Source: Opitutales bacterium (GTDB taxonomy: Bacteria > Verrucomicrobiota > Verrucomicrobiia > Opitutales > UBA2987). Taken from it: a stretch of 64,000 bases of DNA. Position 1 is the first letter of the stretch. Each line of letters opens with the position of its first letter. Made by a program: the position numbers and the translations under genes. Of this stretch, positions 31,101 to 41,205 are shown in pieces. The notes beneath the pieces are model-generated. The model did not search any database. It saw only the letters and a program-made list of their open reading frames with translations, and had not been told where the DNA came from. Location: NCBI GenBank assembly GCA_965226885.1, contig CBDDEL010000017.1, positions 800,001-864,000 on the forward strand. Reading direction: 5' to 3'.

Positions 31101-32024
31101 ATGAAAGCGCGCTTTCTTATTCTACTATTTTTTTTCATCAACTTCCCGTCCATGCGGGGAGAGATGGTTATTGAAAAACCGGAAGCCCCGCCGCCATCTT
31201 CATTGCCCAAAGGGGTCGTGGCGGTTTCCGATCTTGTTTATCGAGAGGTGGCATCCAAACCGTTGAAACTGGATATCTATCGGCCTGAGGTGGAAGTATC
31301 GGAAGCCTTGCCCCTGGTCGTTTACATCCACGGCGGCGGCTACCGCAGGGGGAAACGTTCCGAAATCCTGGATATTCCTTTTTTCCGGAATTCACTTCTC
31401 GAACTTGTGGCGGACAAAAAAGTTATCCTCGCCTCTATCGATTTCAGCAAAGGCAGCAAGAAATCGCCCCTCAGCGCATTGTTCGATGATTGCCGGAGCG
31501 CCGTCGTCTGGTTGAAAGAGAATGCGGGCGAATACGGCATCGATGCCTCCAAAGTGGGATTATTAGGCAATACCAGCGGTGGGCATCTCGCTCTCATGAC
31601 CGGTCTCGATGACGGAGCGATTTCTTTTATCATCGCCTTTGGCCCGGTCACCGATTTGTGCAAAATCGCCCTGTCGGTGGCCGACAGCGAGGAAAAAGAT
31701 GATAAAAAAATTCGCACCCAACTGAAATACGGCCTCGGCGGGACGGTGGAGGAAGTTCCTCAAAACTACATCGATGCCAGCCCGGTGAATTTTATCGGCA
31801 AATCTTCCCCGCCCGTCCTTTTGATCACCGGTGAAGAGGATATACTTTTTAAGCAATCCCAAATACTGCAGGACAAAAGCCTGCAAATGGGAGCCGATTT
31901 GCGGCTGCTGAAAGTGAAAAATGCCGGGGAGGCGGTCTATGTTGTTGAGGATTATCCTGAAAGATCGCCGGATTTGTGCGAATTGACTAAAATCGCAAAC
32001 TTATTCATACTAGACCATTTTTAA
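31101..32024 (+). CDS. Exported alpha/beta hydrolase-fold (HSL/BD-FAE-like) protein with degenerate catalytic motifs
   Basis: LKLDIYRP, IHGGGY, GNTSGGHLA, DASPV, KNAGE. Confidence 0.8.
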   Translation: MKARFLILLFFFINFPSMRGEMVIEKPEAPPPSSLPKGVVAVSDLVYREVASKPLKLDIYRPEVEVSEALPLVVYIHGGGYRRGKRSEILDIPFFRNSLLELVADKKVILASIDFSKGSKKSPLSALFDDCRSAVVWLKENAGEYGIDASKVGLLGNTSGGHLALMTGLDDGAISFIIAFGPVTDLCKIALSVADSEEKDDKKIRTQLKYGLGGTVEEVPQNYIDASPVNFIGKSSPPVLLITGEEDILFKQSQILQDKSLQMGADLRLLKVKNAGEAVYVVEDYPERSPDLCELTKIANLFILDHF

Positions 32025-32029
32025 CTAGG

Positions 32030-32980
32030 ATGATAAATCGACTGATGCCTAACTACCTAACTTTCAGAGCGTTTACCGCCTGTCTGCTGCTGACCAATCT
32101 ATACGTCTTGGCCATTGAAACCGACCAAATTGATGATTTTAACACGGGCGGCGCCAACGGCTGGGACAGCAGGAATATTCACACGGTTCGCACTGAAGGG
32201 GGCCCCGATGGTCCGACGGACGGTTATCTGGAAATCCGGCTCGATGTCATTCCATTTCATATAGGGACTAGAAACACCTCCCGTTGGGCCGGCAATTACC
32301 TGGCCAATAACGTAACTGCCATTGAAATGGATTTAAATCGATTCGATCTCCGCAACAATAATTCCCGCATCAGGCTGCTGATATTTGGTCCGGGCGGAAC
32401 ATTTGCGACAAAAGCACAAACCCCGCCGTTGGCCGTAAATCTTTGGGAACACTATGTTTTCCCTCTTTTCGCCAATGATCTTTTGTTCGTAGATGGAGCA
32501 GTCAACGACCTGCAGCTAACATTATCCAACGTCACCACCCTGCTCATCCGCAATGATGCCATTGAGCCTGCGCTCCCCGGCGCCCATCCGCCCCATGTTC
32601 TGGCCACGGTTGGCATCGATAACATACGCGCCTTAACCGTGGATATTTTCTTCGGGACCGCTATTGAGGGCTTTCCCGGCTGGAAGGCTTCTCCCTGGTA
32701 CCTCAACTATTACACCGGCTTTTGGCCCTGAATTTACCACGACGAACACGGCTGGCAGTTTGTCCTCGAGAAGAGCGCCAGCAATGCCATATTTCTCTTC
32801 GATCTCGGCCTTGGGGAAATTATTTTCCTCAATGAAAATACCTACCGCTGGATATATATATTCGGAGAGGCTCCCGGCTGGATTTTTACTTTCAATGACA
32901 ACCGTCCTGGCCGCCGGTTTTTTCAGCGGGGCGACGATGAAAGCCTTTTCAGCGTTCCAGCGGATTTGCCGATGGAATGA
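32030..32980 (+). pseudogene. Exported protein with Trp-rich C-terminal domain, interrupted by an in-frame TGA
   Basis: TGA at 32729-32731 aligns with Trp in the 47651-50416 protein (FWP*IYHDEHGW vs FLPWIFHDEHSW). The frame stays open and homologous to 32980. Confidence 0.8.
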
Positions 32981-33070
32981 GATGGCTGAGGCTGAATTCG
33001 ATTTAAGCGTCGAAAATCAGCGTTCCACCCTAGACATAGGCCGAGTAAGCTCGTTATTATTTCTGTTATT

Positions 33071-33852
33071 ATGAATACCCTCGATCTTTTTAAACTGGAT
33101 GGGCGCGTGGCACTCGTCACTGGCGGGAACCGCGGGCTCGGTTTTGAAATGGCCTCGGCCCTGGCCGATGCGGGGGCCTCGGTGGCCCTTTTGAGCCGTG
33201 ATGAAGGACGCACCCTGGACGCCGCTGAAAAAATTCAACAGCGCACCGGCCAAAAATGCATCGGACTCAAAGGCGATGTGGTTAGCGAGGAGCAGGTGCA
33301 AGCCGCAATTGTTAAAAAAAAAAAAGAACGGTCGGGGAATTTGGGGAAATCGATATTTTAATCAACAGCGCCGGCATCAATATACGGGGCGCCATCGAAG
33401 ACCTTTCGGTGGATGATTTTCGGCGAGTGCAGGAGGTCAATGTGACCGGTTCCTGGCTGGCTTGCCGGGCCGTGGCGCCCATCATGAAAGCCAACAACTA
33501 CGGCCGGGTAATCAACATCAGCTCCATGATCGGGGTGACCTCCATTCCCGAACGCACCCCTTATTCCACCAGCAAGGGCGCGGTTTTGCAATTGACGCGG
33601 GCGTTGGCCCTGGAATGGGCCGCCACCGGCATCACCGTCAACGCCATTTTGCCCGGCCCCTTCGCCACCGAGATGAATCTCCCGCTTATGAATGATCCTG
33701 AAAAATATCAGGCATTTATCTCCAAAATTCCTATGGGACGCTGGGGGGAACTGCGCGAGATCGGCGGAATCGCCATCTTTTTAGCCAGCAATGCCTCCAG
33801 CTACGTCACCGGCGGCGCCTTCTCCATCGACGGCGGCTGGACCGCGCAGTAA
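33071..33852 (+). pseudogene. SDR oxidoreductase (gluconate 5-dehydrogenase-like), frameshifted at A12
   Basis: TGGNRGLG in frame 1. DILINSAGI, YSTSK, PGPFAT in the -1 frame after the A12 run at 33314-33325. Confidence 0.85.
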
Positions 33853-33894
33853 AGTCTCGAATGGTTTCAATCATTCTCTGAACAACGAGTCAAC

Positions 33895-34209
33895 TCACGC
33901 ATGGCGAGCTTTTGCCGTGGCCTGAAGCGGTTGCAGTTCTATCTTTATACGCTTTCCCAACGCTTTGGCCGCCCCGTGCAGGGTATGCAGAGTAATGGAT
34001 GCATTCTCGGGGTCCATCAAACGATTTAACGCTGCCCGGCTGGTGTGCATCCTCTCGGCCATGGCGGATTTGCTAAGGTTTTGTTCGCGCATCAATTCCT
34101 GAATTTGATAGGCTACCGCTCTCTTTACGGCCACCGCTTCGGCTTCTTCCAGAATCCCTTCTTCTTCCAGAAATTCGTCGAACCCACTTCCTATATGCTT
34201 ATTCTTCAT
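33895..34209 (-). CDS. XRE-family HTH antitoxin
   Basis: HIGSGFDEFLEEEG, SKSAMAERMHTSRAALNRLMDP. Overlaps the toxin stop. Confidence 0.85.
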   Translation of the reverse strand: MKNKHIGSGFDEFLEEEGILEEAEAVAVKRAVAYQIQELMREQNLSKSAMAERMHTSRAALNRLMDPENASITLHTLHGAAKALGKRIKIELQPLQATAKARHA

Positions 34210-34528
34210 AACCTTGTTCCAACTGTTTCATGCGTTGCCTTGCTAAAATCAGATCTTTCTTCGGTATTCTTGGCGTCTTCTTTATGAAACCGTGCAATAG
34301 AACGATCTGATCCTTCGATGTTGTGAAAATCACACGCGCGATTCGATTCTTTAATGTCGATCGCACTTCCCAAAGCCCCGTTTCCACTTTGCGAATTAAT
34401 GGCATCCCCAATGGCCAACCATACTGAACCGTTTTTATGTCTTCCCCAATGCACTTTCTATCTAATTTCGGCAAACACCTTAACCATTCTCTGACCGGCT
34501 CATTACCGCCTCCGGAACGAAAAAACAC
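34199..34528 (-). CDS. RelE/ParE-superfamily (HigB/Gp49-like) toxin
   Basis: NEPVREWL, GWPLGMPLIRK, LWEVRS, LLHGFIKKT. Toxin-first gene order. Confidence 0.85.
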   Translation of the reverse strand: MFFRSGGGNEPVREWLRCLPKLDRKCIGEDIKTVQYGWPLGMPLIRKVETGLWEVRSTLKNRIARVIFTTSKDQIVLLHGFIKKTPRIPKKDLILARQRMKQLEQGYEE

Positions 34529-34561
34529 GACCCCAAGCGGCGATCCTGAATTCCTAATGCA

Positions 34562-34589
34562 AATGTATCATTTTTGATACACAAGTCAA
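34562..34589 (-). promoter_or_regulatory. Putative TA promoter with overlapping operator
   Basis: TTGACT-N16-TACATT on the minus strand, overlapped by the palindrome TGTATCA-TTTT-TGATACA (34564-34581). Confidence 0.6.
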
Positions 34590-34620
34590 GCTTATTCAAA
34601 TGTATTAATAACCCAAACCT

Positions 34621-35574
34621 CTAAACCGGCCGATTGACGGCGTTGGGCGGGTTTTCTCCTTTGAGGATGGCGGCTATGTTTTGGGCGCACATTTTCAGGG
34701 CTTCGAGGCGGCTTTCCGTCGCGCTTCCTCCCAGGTGGGGGAGAAGTATGACGTTCTCCCGCCCGAATAATCCGGGGTTGATGGCTGGCTCGCGCTCAAA
34801 CACATCCAGGACCGCGCCTCCCAAGTGGCCACTTTCGAGCGCCACCACGAGAGCCTCCTCGTCCACCACGGGGCCGCGTCCGGTGTTGATGAGAAAAGCG
34901 CCCTTTTTCATCTGCCCAAGGCGTTCGGCGTCAATTAAATGATGCGTTTTCGTGGTCAATGGCGTGTGCAATGAGATGAAGTCGGCTTCCGACAGGAGCG
35001 CTTCGAGGTCTCGGCTCTCGCTGTCATCGGTGGTTTTCTGCCGGTGGTGAACCACACTCATACCGAATGCCCGGGCCCGTTTGGCAACGGCATGGCCGAT
35101 TTTGCCGTAGCCTATCAACCCCAGGGTTTTACCCGAAAGGAGGACTCCATTCCAGCGGCCGTGCTGGGTGCGTTTCCACTGGTCCGCCCGCACGAATCGC
35201 TCGGCTTCGCCCAGCCTGCGGGCCAGGCTGATGATGAGCCCCAAGGCGCAATCGGCGGTGGGATCGACCAGCGGCTCGTGCGCATTGGTCGCCCAAACGC
35301 CGCGCGAGGCCATAAAATCCAGGTCGAAGTTGTCCGTGCCGATGGCCACGTTGGCGGCAATTTTCAGCTTTGGAGCCCGGTCGAGCAATTCAGCGTCGAT
35401 GCGCAATTCACTTTGGCTGACGACACCCACACAATCGGTAATTTTCTCCAGCGCCTCCTCTCTGGCCATCTGAAACCCGCCACCGGGGCCGGGCACGATT
35501 TCCGCCAATCCCTGCAGCGGGGCGACCCCTTCGTCCTGGGGCAAAAAAGTCGTCAATACCTTGGGCAAGCTCAC
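34621..35574 (-). CDS. D-2-hydroxyacid (glyoxylate/glycerate) dehydrogenase
   Basis: GLIGYGKIG, LINTGRG, LDVFERE, LPHLGG. GTG start overlaps the ALDH stop (GTGA). Confidence 0.88.
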   Translation of the reverse strand: MSLPKVLTTFLPQDEGVAPLQGLAEIVPGPGGGFQMAREEALEKITDCVGVVSQSELRIDAELLDRAPKLKIAANVAIGTDNFDLDFMASRGVWATNAHEPLVDPTADCALGLIISLARRLGEAERFVRADQWKRTQHGRWNGVLLSGKTLGLIGYGKIGHAVAKRARAFGMSVVHHRQKTTDDSESRDLEALLSEADFISLHTPLTTKTHHLIDAERLGQMKKGAFLINTGRGPVVDEEALVVALESGHLGGAVLDVFEREPAINPGLFGRENVILLPHLGGSATESRLEALKMCAQNIAAILKGENPPNAVNRPV

Positions 35575-37169
35575 GATAGCTGTTTTTCCGAAACGTCGCG
35601 GCAGGTCCATTGGCCGTCGATGGAGCGCCAGGTTTGGCCGGTGGGGTTGGCGTTTTGCAGTTCCGGGGGAAGGCGGTCTGGCCGCACATTGTCGTAGCAA
35701 TGGAGGACCGCGAAACGAATCAATGAGGCGGGGATGCCGACGGCGGTAAATCCCGGATGCCCCGTGGCCGGATAGGGCCCACCGTGGTTCATGGCCGGTG
35801 AAACAAGGACGCCGGTTGGCATTTTGTCGTTCAGGAGGCGACCCACTTTTCCTCTCAAAACCGGTTCTACTTGTCCGTAAAGGACATCGTCCCGGCCATC
35901 GGAATGGCTGTAGATGCAGCCGGTCAAATTTCCTTCCAGGCAATTGAGAATGTGGATCATTTTTTCGGTGTCAGCGGCTGTCACGATGAGGCTGGCATTG
36001 CCGAAGGCTTCTTCCTGAAGCGCTTCGGGATTGGCCAGAAAACGGTCGCCATCCACCTTGAGCAAGGTGTTTTCAACACTGCATCGAGCCTCTCCCTTTG
36101 AGTTTCCCCCCACGACTACCTCGGCCCCCGCGTTTTTCAAAGCCTCGATGCCCCCGAGCAAAGATTTCTCCACCCCGCTGCCCAGCAGGGTGCCAGCGGG
36201 CGCGGTCGAAAACCGGGAACGCAAATCCTCCAATAAGGCGCTTGTTTGCTCGTTCTCAAGTAAAAGGATAAGACCGGGATTTGTGCAGAACTGGCCCGTT
36301 CCCATGAGAACGGAACCCACAAATTCTTCCGCCAGGGCTTCTGTCCGTTCCTCCAGCGCGCCGGGCAAAATAACCACCGGATTGATACTGCTGAGTTCCA
36401 GGTAAATGGGTTTTCCCGCCTTGTCCGCCGCCTCCTTGAGGGCAAGTCCCGCGCGCCGCGAGCCGGTGTAGCCGGTGGCTCCGATGAGTGGGTGCGCGAC
36501 CAGGCGGGCACCATCGGCATGGCTGGCGCGGTAGAGCAATTGCACCATGGCCGTGGGCAAACCCGTCTCCTTGGCCGCTTCCAGGGCCTCCTCGGCAAAA
36601 AGCCGGGTGGTTCCGGGATGGGACGTGTTGGCTTTGGCGATGACCGGGTTTCCGGCTGCGATGGCGGCGGCGAAATCTCCCCCGGCGGCGCTGTTGAATG
36701 CGAAGGGAAAGTTGTTGGGACCGAACACGCAAACCGGCCCGATGGCCTTGTAAAAGGAACGGATATTGTTACCAGAATCGATCACCGGCTGGCTCCAGGA
36801 TCGCTCGCGGGCCGCTTTTGCCGCCAGGCGTAATTGGTTGGTGGTGCGGGGAAGTTCCACCGAGTTGAGGCGAGGCTCGGCGGGGAGGGCGGTCTCCTGG
36901 TTGGCCCTTTGCACAAATTCTTCCCGGCGGTTCTCGATCCGGACGGCCAATTTATCCAGGAACGCCGCGATAGCATCGGGCGAAACCTGGCGTAGTTGCT
37001 GGAAGGCATCCGCGGCGGCCTCAATCGCCTCCTCGATTTCCGGCCAGGGGCTGACCGGATAATTTTCCGGCTGCGTTACCCCGGTTTGCGGATTGGCCGA
37101 TTGAAAGTAATCCGCCCCGGCAGATGGCCGCCATTTCCCCGCGATTAAAACTGGTTGTGAGTTTTCCAT
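35571..37169 (-). CDS. NADP-dependent aldehyde dehydrogenase (2,5-dioxopentanoate dehydrogenase-like)
   Basis: FGPNNFPFAF, GGDFAAA, ELSSINP, GQFCTNPG, MNHGGPYPAT. Confidence 0.88.
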   Translation of the reverse strand: MENSQPVLIAGKWRPSAGADYFQSANPQTGVTQPENYPVSPWPEIEEAIEAAADAFQQLRQVSPDAIAAFLDKLAVRIENRREEFVQRANQETALPAEPRLNSVELPRTTNQLRLAAKAARERSWSQPVIDSGNNIRSFYKAIGPVCVFGPNNFPFAFNSAAGGDFAAAIAAGNPVIAKANTSHPGTTRLFAEEALEAAKETGLPTAMVQLLYRASHADGARLVAHPLIGATGYTGSRRAGLALKEAADKAGKPIYLELSSINPVVILPGALEERTEALAEEFVGSVLMGTGQFCTNPGLILLLENEQTSALLEDLRSRFSTAPAGTLLGSGVEKSLLGGIEALKNAGAEVVVGGNSKGEARCSVENTLLKVDGDRFLANPEALQEEAFGNASLIVTAADTEKMIHILNCLEGNLTGCIYSHSDGRDDVLYGQVEPVLRGKVGRLLNDKMPTGVLVSPAMNHGGPYPATGHPGFTAVGIPASLIRFAVLHCYDNVRPDRLPPELQNANPTGQTWRSIDGQWTCRDVSEKQLS

Positions 37170-37264
37170 GGTTTATTAATTTTTAGAACAGCCACTGAAA
37201 ATGTGGTTAATGATTCTACAATAATTCAACCACGGATTACACAGATGAACACGGATAATAATTA

Positions 37265-38827
37265 GTCGATCTTGAAAAAGTGGGTTTTCGGCTCAATTCA
37301 AGGTAATTGGAGGCAATTAAATTGAAAGAGTAAACCGTTGCTTGATGTTTGGCAAAGCCGTTTACGCATATTAAGACCCTTTGAACGCCATTCGGCCCTG
37401 TTGGCCCTGTTGGCCCTGTTGGCCAATACCATAGAGCTCCATAAACAGCGCAAAAAAATGAGCAATGTGAGGATTTTGCTCAGATTCATGCCAGCCGCTG
37501 CCAATATTGCATTGAACTTGTCGCCTTCTATTCCTTTGAGGTAATTGCATCCCATGCGATGCTCTTTCTTTGCGTGACCGATTATCGGTTCAATCGCACT
37601 GCGACGTTTCATCCAGTAACGCAACGCTTTGGGGATTTTCTTGCGATAGCGGTTGGCCACCACAATCTGGCACGGGCCGCCGTAATCGTTTCCACGATAG
37701 CCCAAGTCCACGGTGGCCTGAAGCGGGCTTATCCCGCTTCAGGCGCTCGACTTGATCAAGGGTCTTCCCCAGGGTGTGCCCATCCCAGGGATTCTGATGC
37801 AATGCCAGCGAACCGATGACCCAGTTGCCCTTGGCTGTCGTGGCCAAACTTACCTTACACCCAAACTCGTAAGGTTTATGCGGCTTGCCCTTGGCAATGC
37901 ATTCTACCAGCGGTTGGTGGATACTGTAGAGTTTATTTTTGTCGTGGCGCTGTTGGACCAGCAAGCGTTCGGCCAACTCCAGCAACCCCTTCATCTTTTC
38001 ACTTATGCTGGACCCCTTACGCTGGATATCCCGCACCACTCGGCCCAATATCCCCTTCAGTTTTTTGGTTTCTTTACGAGCTCGTTTCATCTGCTTGGCC
38101 CGTGCGTATCCACTCTGGCGGTGAAGGTGTTTCTTCGCTACCCGATTATAACCTTGGCGCAAAGCGATCCCTTCCTTTTTGGCCTCCTTGACTAATCTCT
38201 CTCGCATCCGCTCATACAAACGCGCATCGGTCGGAAAGCGGATGTTCTTGGGCTGCACCGTAGTGTCCACATTGACCCGTTTCAATTGATGGGCCCCAAT
38301 CATCTTCAACCTCATCCCGCTTTTGATACTCTCACTGAGCATCCGTTCGGCTCCGGCCTCCTTCACCCGCTTGCGCCAGTAACTCATTGAAGAGGGATCG
38401 AAGGGAAGCTCATGCTCAAAATACCTTCCTCCACAAAAATACTGCCAATAAGGATTCTCGGTGTAGCCCCTAACGATCTGTTCATCGCTTAAATCATAGG
38501 TGTATTTGAGGTAATGCAACCCCACCATCAAGCGGGTTGCAATAGCGGGCCGACCCATCCGGGGGTCGAACAACGGTTCAAAAGTGTGATCAAACTGTTC
38601 CCAGTCAATCACCGCCGACAACTTGACCAGTGGATGTTTGGCATCCACGATACGATCGAGATCTACTTTAAAGAGATCTCCCTGAGGATATTCATTGGAG
38701 GGTCTAATAGGTTTCATAATTTGCAAGGTTTCGGCTACATTCATAGCGTTATCTTGCAAATATGTCAACCATTAATTCAACTTAATTCATTAATATCCAA
38801 AGGTTTAAGGTGTTTTTCAAGGCCGTC
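37265..38827 (-). mobile_element. IS5-family element
   Basis: IRs GACGGCCTTGAAAAA / GTCGATCTTGAAAAA with TA-containing flanks. Confidence 0.85.
37298..38768 (-). pseudogene. IS5-family transposase, frameshifted near 37730
   Basis: VDTTVQPKNIRFPTD and KGKPHKPYEFG in one frame. VDLGYRG and RRSAIEPIIGHAK in another. Confidence 0.85.
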
Positions 38828-38993
38828 TAAGTCGACAGGCACATTTTCCTTAATGGTCTGTAAAAATCGAAAGAACGCTTGATGGCGATGACGGAGGGTA
38901 CGGCGACTGATAACCCTTCCTGAAGCTACCTCCAGAGCGGCAAACAATGTGAGCTTACCATGTCGGATATATCCGTGCGTAACACCTTCAAGG
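38828..38993 (-). pseudogene. IS630-family transposase internal fragment
   Basis: THGYIRHGKLTLFAALEVASGRVI...RHRHQAFFRFL. Confidence 0.8.
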
Positions 38994-39000
38994 TAGCCTA

Positions 39001-40824
39001 GAGGCTGTCCCAAAAATATAAAGATTTTGTAGTCAACTGGATGACGTTTATAAAAATAGCCAGAAAGAGCATTTTTTTGCTCGCTCCGGCTAAAAAAGGG
39101 TTCTATAATTGCGTTAGCGAAAATCAATATAGCCCTTTCTATGAAAAATATAGCCATCCAATGCCTCCTGCGTCCAGCTTTAACTGTGGTCGACCGTTGC
39201 CTCGATTACGATAACTTTCGCGCCACCATCGAGCGTATCGACCGGCTGCTGATCGATTCGGAGGTGGAATCGCAGGGCGTTGATCTGGCCTTGGAAAGAG
39301 GCCAGCCAATGAGTGTAAAGGCCCGGCAAAAGCGGGCTAATTTTGCCCTCAAGGCGTTGCGTATGGAAACGCTGCGTTATCTGCTCGGTGGGATTTCGTT
39401 TCGGCATTTGTCGAGGGCTCTGGGCAGCAGCGATCTGTTGGCTGACTTTTGTCGTGTCCGCCATATCGACGGCATAAGGGGCATCTCCAAGAGCACCCTG
39501 GAACGGGCCTCGAAGTTTTTCAGCGAAGAGCAGTTGAGGGCCTTGCACCGGACCTTGACTGAGGTTGTGGGCGATGCCGATCTGGCCCGGCAGGTGGTGG
39601 GATTGGACAAGCCGATAGACACCACCATTTGCCTGATCGACGGCACCTGTTTGGAGGTCAACATTCATTGGCCGACGGACTGGGTGCTGCTCAAGGATGT
39701 AGCGGGCACGCTGCTCAAAGCGATCCGGCTGATCCGTGAGAAGGCCGGTTTGCGCCATCGCATGCCGATCGAACCGGAGCCCTTGGCTCGGCAGATGAAT
39801 CGGCTGTGCATACAGATGACCCACAGCCGGCGGCGAAAGGACAGCGCGCGGCAACGCAAGGGTATCTTGAGGCAGATGAAAAAGCTGCTCAAACGGATCG
39901 GGGAGCATGCCCGCAGTCACCGGGAATTATTGCAAGCCTGCTGGGAGCAAAGCGATTACAGCGAAAAACAGGTCCAACAGATCCTTACCCGGATGGAGCG
40001 CATGAGCGAGCTAATCCCGGTGGTCATCAAGCAAGCGCACGAGCGAATCATTGGCGGCCGCCAGGTGAAAAACGCAGAGAAAGTTTTGAGTGTTTACGAA
40101 CCCGATGCGCAGGTGATTGTGCGAGGCAAAGCGGGCCAAGAGGTTGAGTTTGGCAACACCCTGTTTTTGGGTGAAAGCGTTGAAGGATACCTGCTGGACT
40201 GGAAACTCTACGGCAGCCGGACGCCAAGCGAAAATGAACAAATGCAAGAGAGTTTGCAAAGACAGAACCGCTTCAACCTAGCCGAACCCATAGCGGCCAT
40301 GTGCGCGGACCGGGGATTCGCCTCCCAGCGGGCCCGCCGGCAGTTAGCCCAGGAGGGCATCTACGATGCGCTCTGTCCACGCGATCCGAAGCAGTTGAAA
40401 AAACGGATGGAGGAACCACACTTCAGGCAATTGCAAAAGCGCCGGGCCAGCACCGAAGGGCGGATCGGGGTATTGAAGAATCGCTGGCAGGCCGGGCGAT
40501 TGCGCAGCAAAGGCTTTGCCAACCGCTCGATCAGCGTAGCCTGGTCGGTCCTCTCGCACAATCTATGGAAAGTGGCCAAGATGCTGGCCCAGCAAGATGA
40601 ACTAAAAACCAAAGCGGCGGCCTAAATAAAGAGCGGAAAAGCAAGGACAATACTTTTTCACAGGCCTACTGTCGGCCCATACAAAGAAAACCAGGCAAAC
40701 GGACCCCAAAACCAGAATCCTAACGTCATAGGAGAGCAAAGTCACCCCCTCCCAAAAGAAAATACCTCTAAAATGAACACTCTTCAAAATCCCCTCGCAA
40801 AAATCACCCTTTTGGGACAGCCTC
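39001..40824 (+). mobile_element. IS X copy 3 with intact 7-bp TSD
   Basis: TSD TAGCCTA at 38994-39000 and 40825-40831. Confidence 0.95.
39141..40625 (+). CDS. IS X transposase
   Basis: Protein identical to 5449-6933. Confidence 0.92.
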   Translation: MKNIAIQCLLRPALTVVDRCLDYDNFRATIERIDRLLIDSEVESQGVDLALERGQPMSVKARQKRANFALKALRMETLRYLLGGISFRHLSRALGSSDLLADFCRVRHIDGIRGISKSTLERASKFFSEEQLRALHRTLTEVVGDADLARQVVGLDKPIDTTICLIDGTCLEVNIHWPTDWVLLKDVAGTLLKAIRLIREKAGLRHRMPIEPEPLARQMNRLCIQMTHSRRRKDSARQRKGILRQMKKLLKRIGEHARSHRELLQACWEQSDYSEKQVQQILTRMERMSELIPVVIKQAHERIIGGRQVKNAEKVLSVYEPDAQVIVRGKAGQEVEFGNTLFLGESVEGYLLDWKLYGSRTPSENEQMQESLQRQNRFNLAEPIAAMCADRGFASQRARRQLAQEGIYDALCPRDPKQLKKRMEEPHFRQLQKRRASTEGRIGVLKNRWQAGRLRSKGFANRSISVAWSVLSHNLWKVAKMLAQQDELKTKAAA

Positions 40825-40832
40825 TAGCCTAA

Positions 40833-40909
40833 CAGGTTGTTGTAAAACGCACTATTGAGTCGTCAACAGGCCGTTATGGGCCGAAGGTGGTGTGTTTTTC
40901 AACAACCTG
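40833..40909. mobile_element. 77-bp IS5-type MITE
   Basis: IRs CAGGTTGTTGTAAAA / TTTTTCAACAACCTG with CTAA duplicated on both sides. Confidence 0.75.
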
Positions 40910-40965
40910 CTAATGAGAGGACGACCACTAACAGCGACCGTTTTGCCTTCTCGATTATGGACAAT

Positions 40966-41205
40966 TGAAGTGGACGGGGTTGTTTGGACAATTTTGACGT
41001 GGGATTAAGGTGGAAATCGTGTTCATATTATTTTTTAAAAATATATTTTGTCCTTAGCCAAAGACGGGCACGCAGGTGCCCGCAAGCTGTATTGGCGGGG
41101 AGGTTGGTTTTGCTCCGATTGCATGGACTTCGGCCGGGGTCCGGTAGCCCAGGGCTTGGTGGGGGCGCAGGTGGTTGTAGAAGTCCAGGTAGCGGGCTAT
41201 CCCTT
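40966..41205 (-). pseudogene. IS3-family orfB 3' end and right IR remnant
   Basis: Minus strand IARYLDFYNHLRPHQALGYRTPAEV. End sequence TGAAGTGGACGGGGTTGTTTGGACA. Confidence 0.75.

Noticed and set aside
32729..32731. TGA=Trp genetic code reassignment
   Set aside because: TGA ends intact genes here (DUF420, fba, ALDH) and all other Trp codons checked are TGG. It is a single instance.
12201..35943. Long N-terminal extensions in the ORF track (12201, 16146, 27780, 35943)
   Set aside because: They overlap neighbouring genes. Better starts are 12393, 16164, 27435/27369 and 35574.
37227..37258. Short repeat CCACGGATTACACAGATGAACACGGAT
   Set aside because: A single ~30-bp occurrence cut by IS5, too little to assign.
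37394..37424. 9-bp tandem repeat GGCCCTGTT x3
   Set aside because: An in-frame microrepeat in the variable tail of a broken IS5 transposase, with no sign of function.
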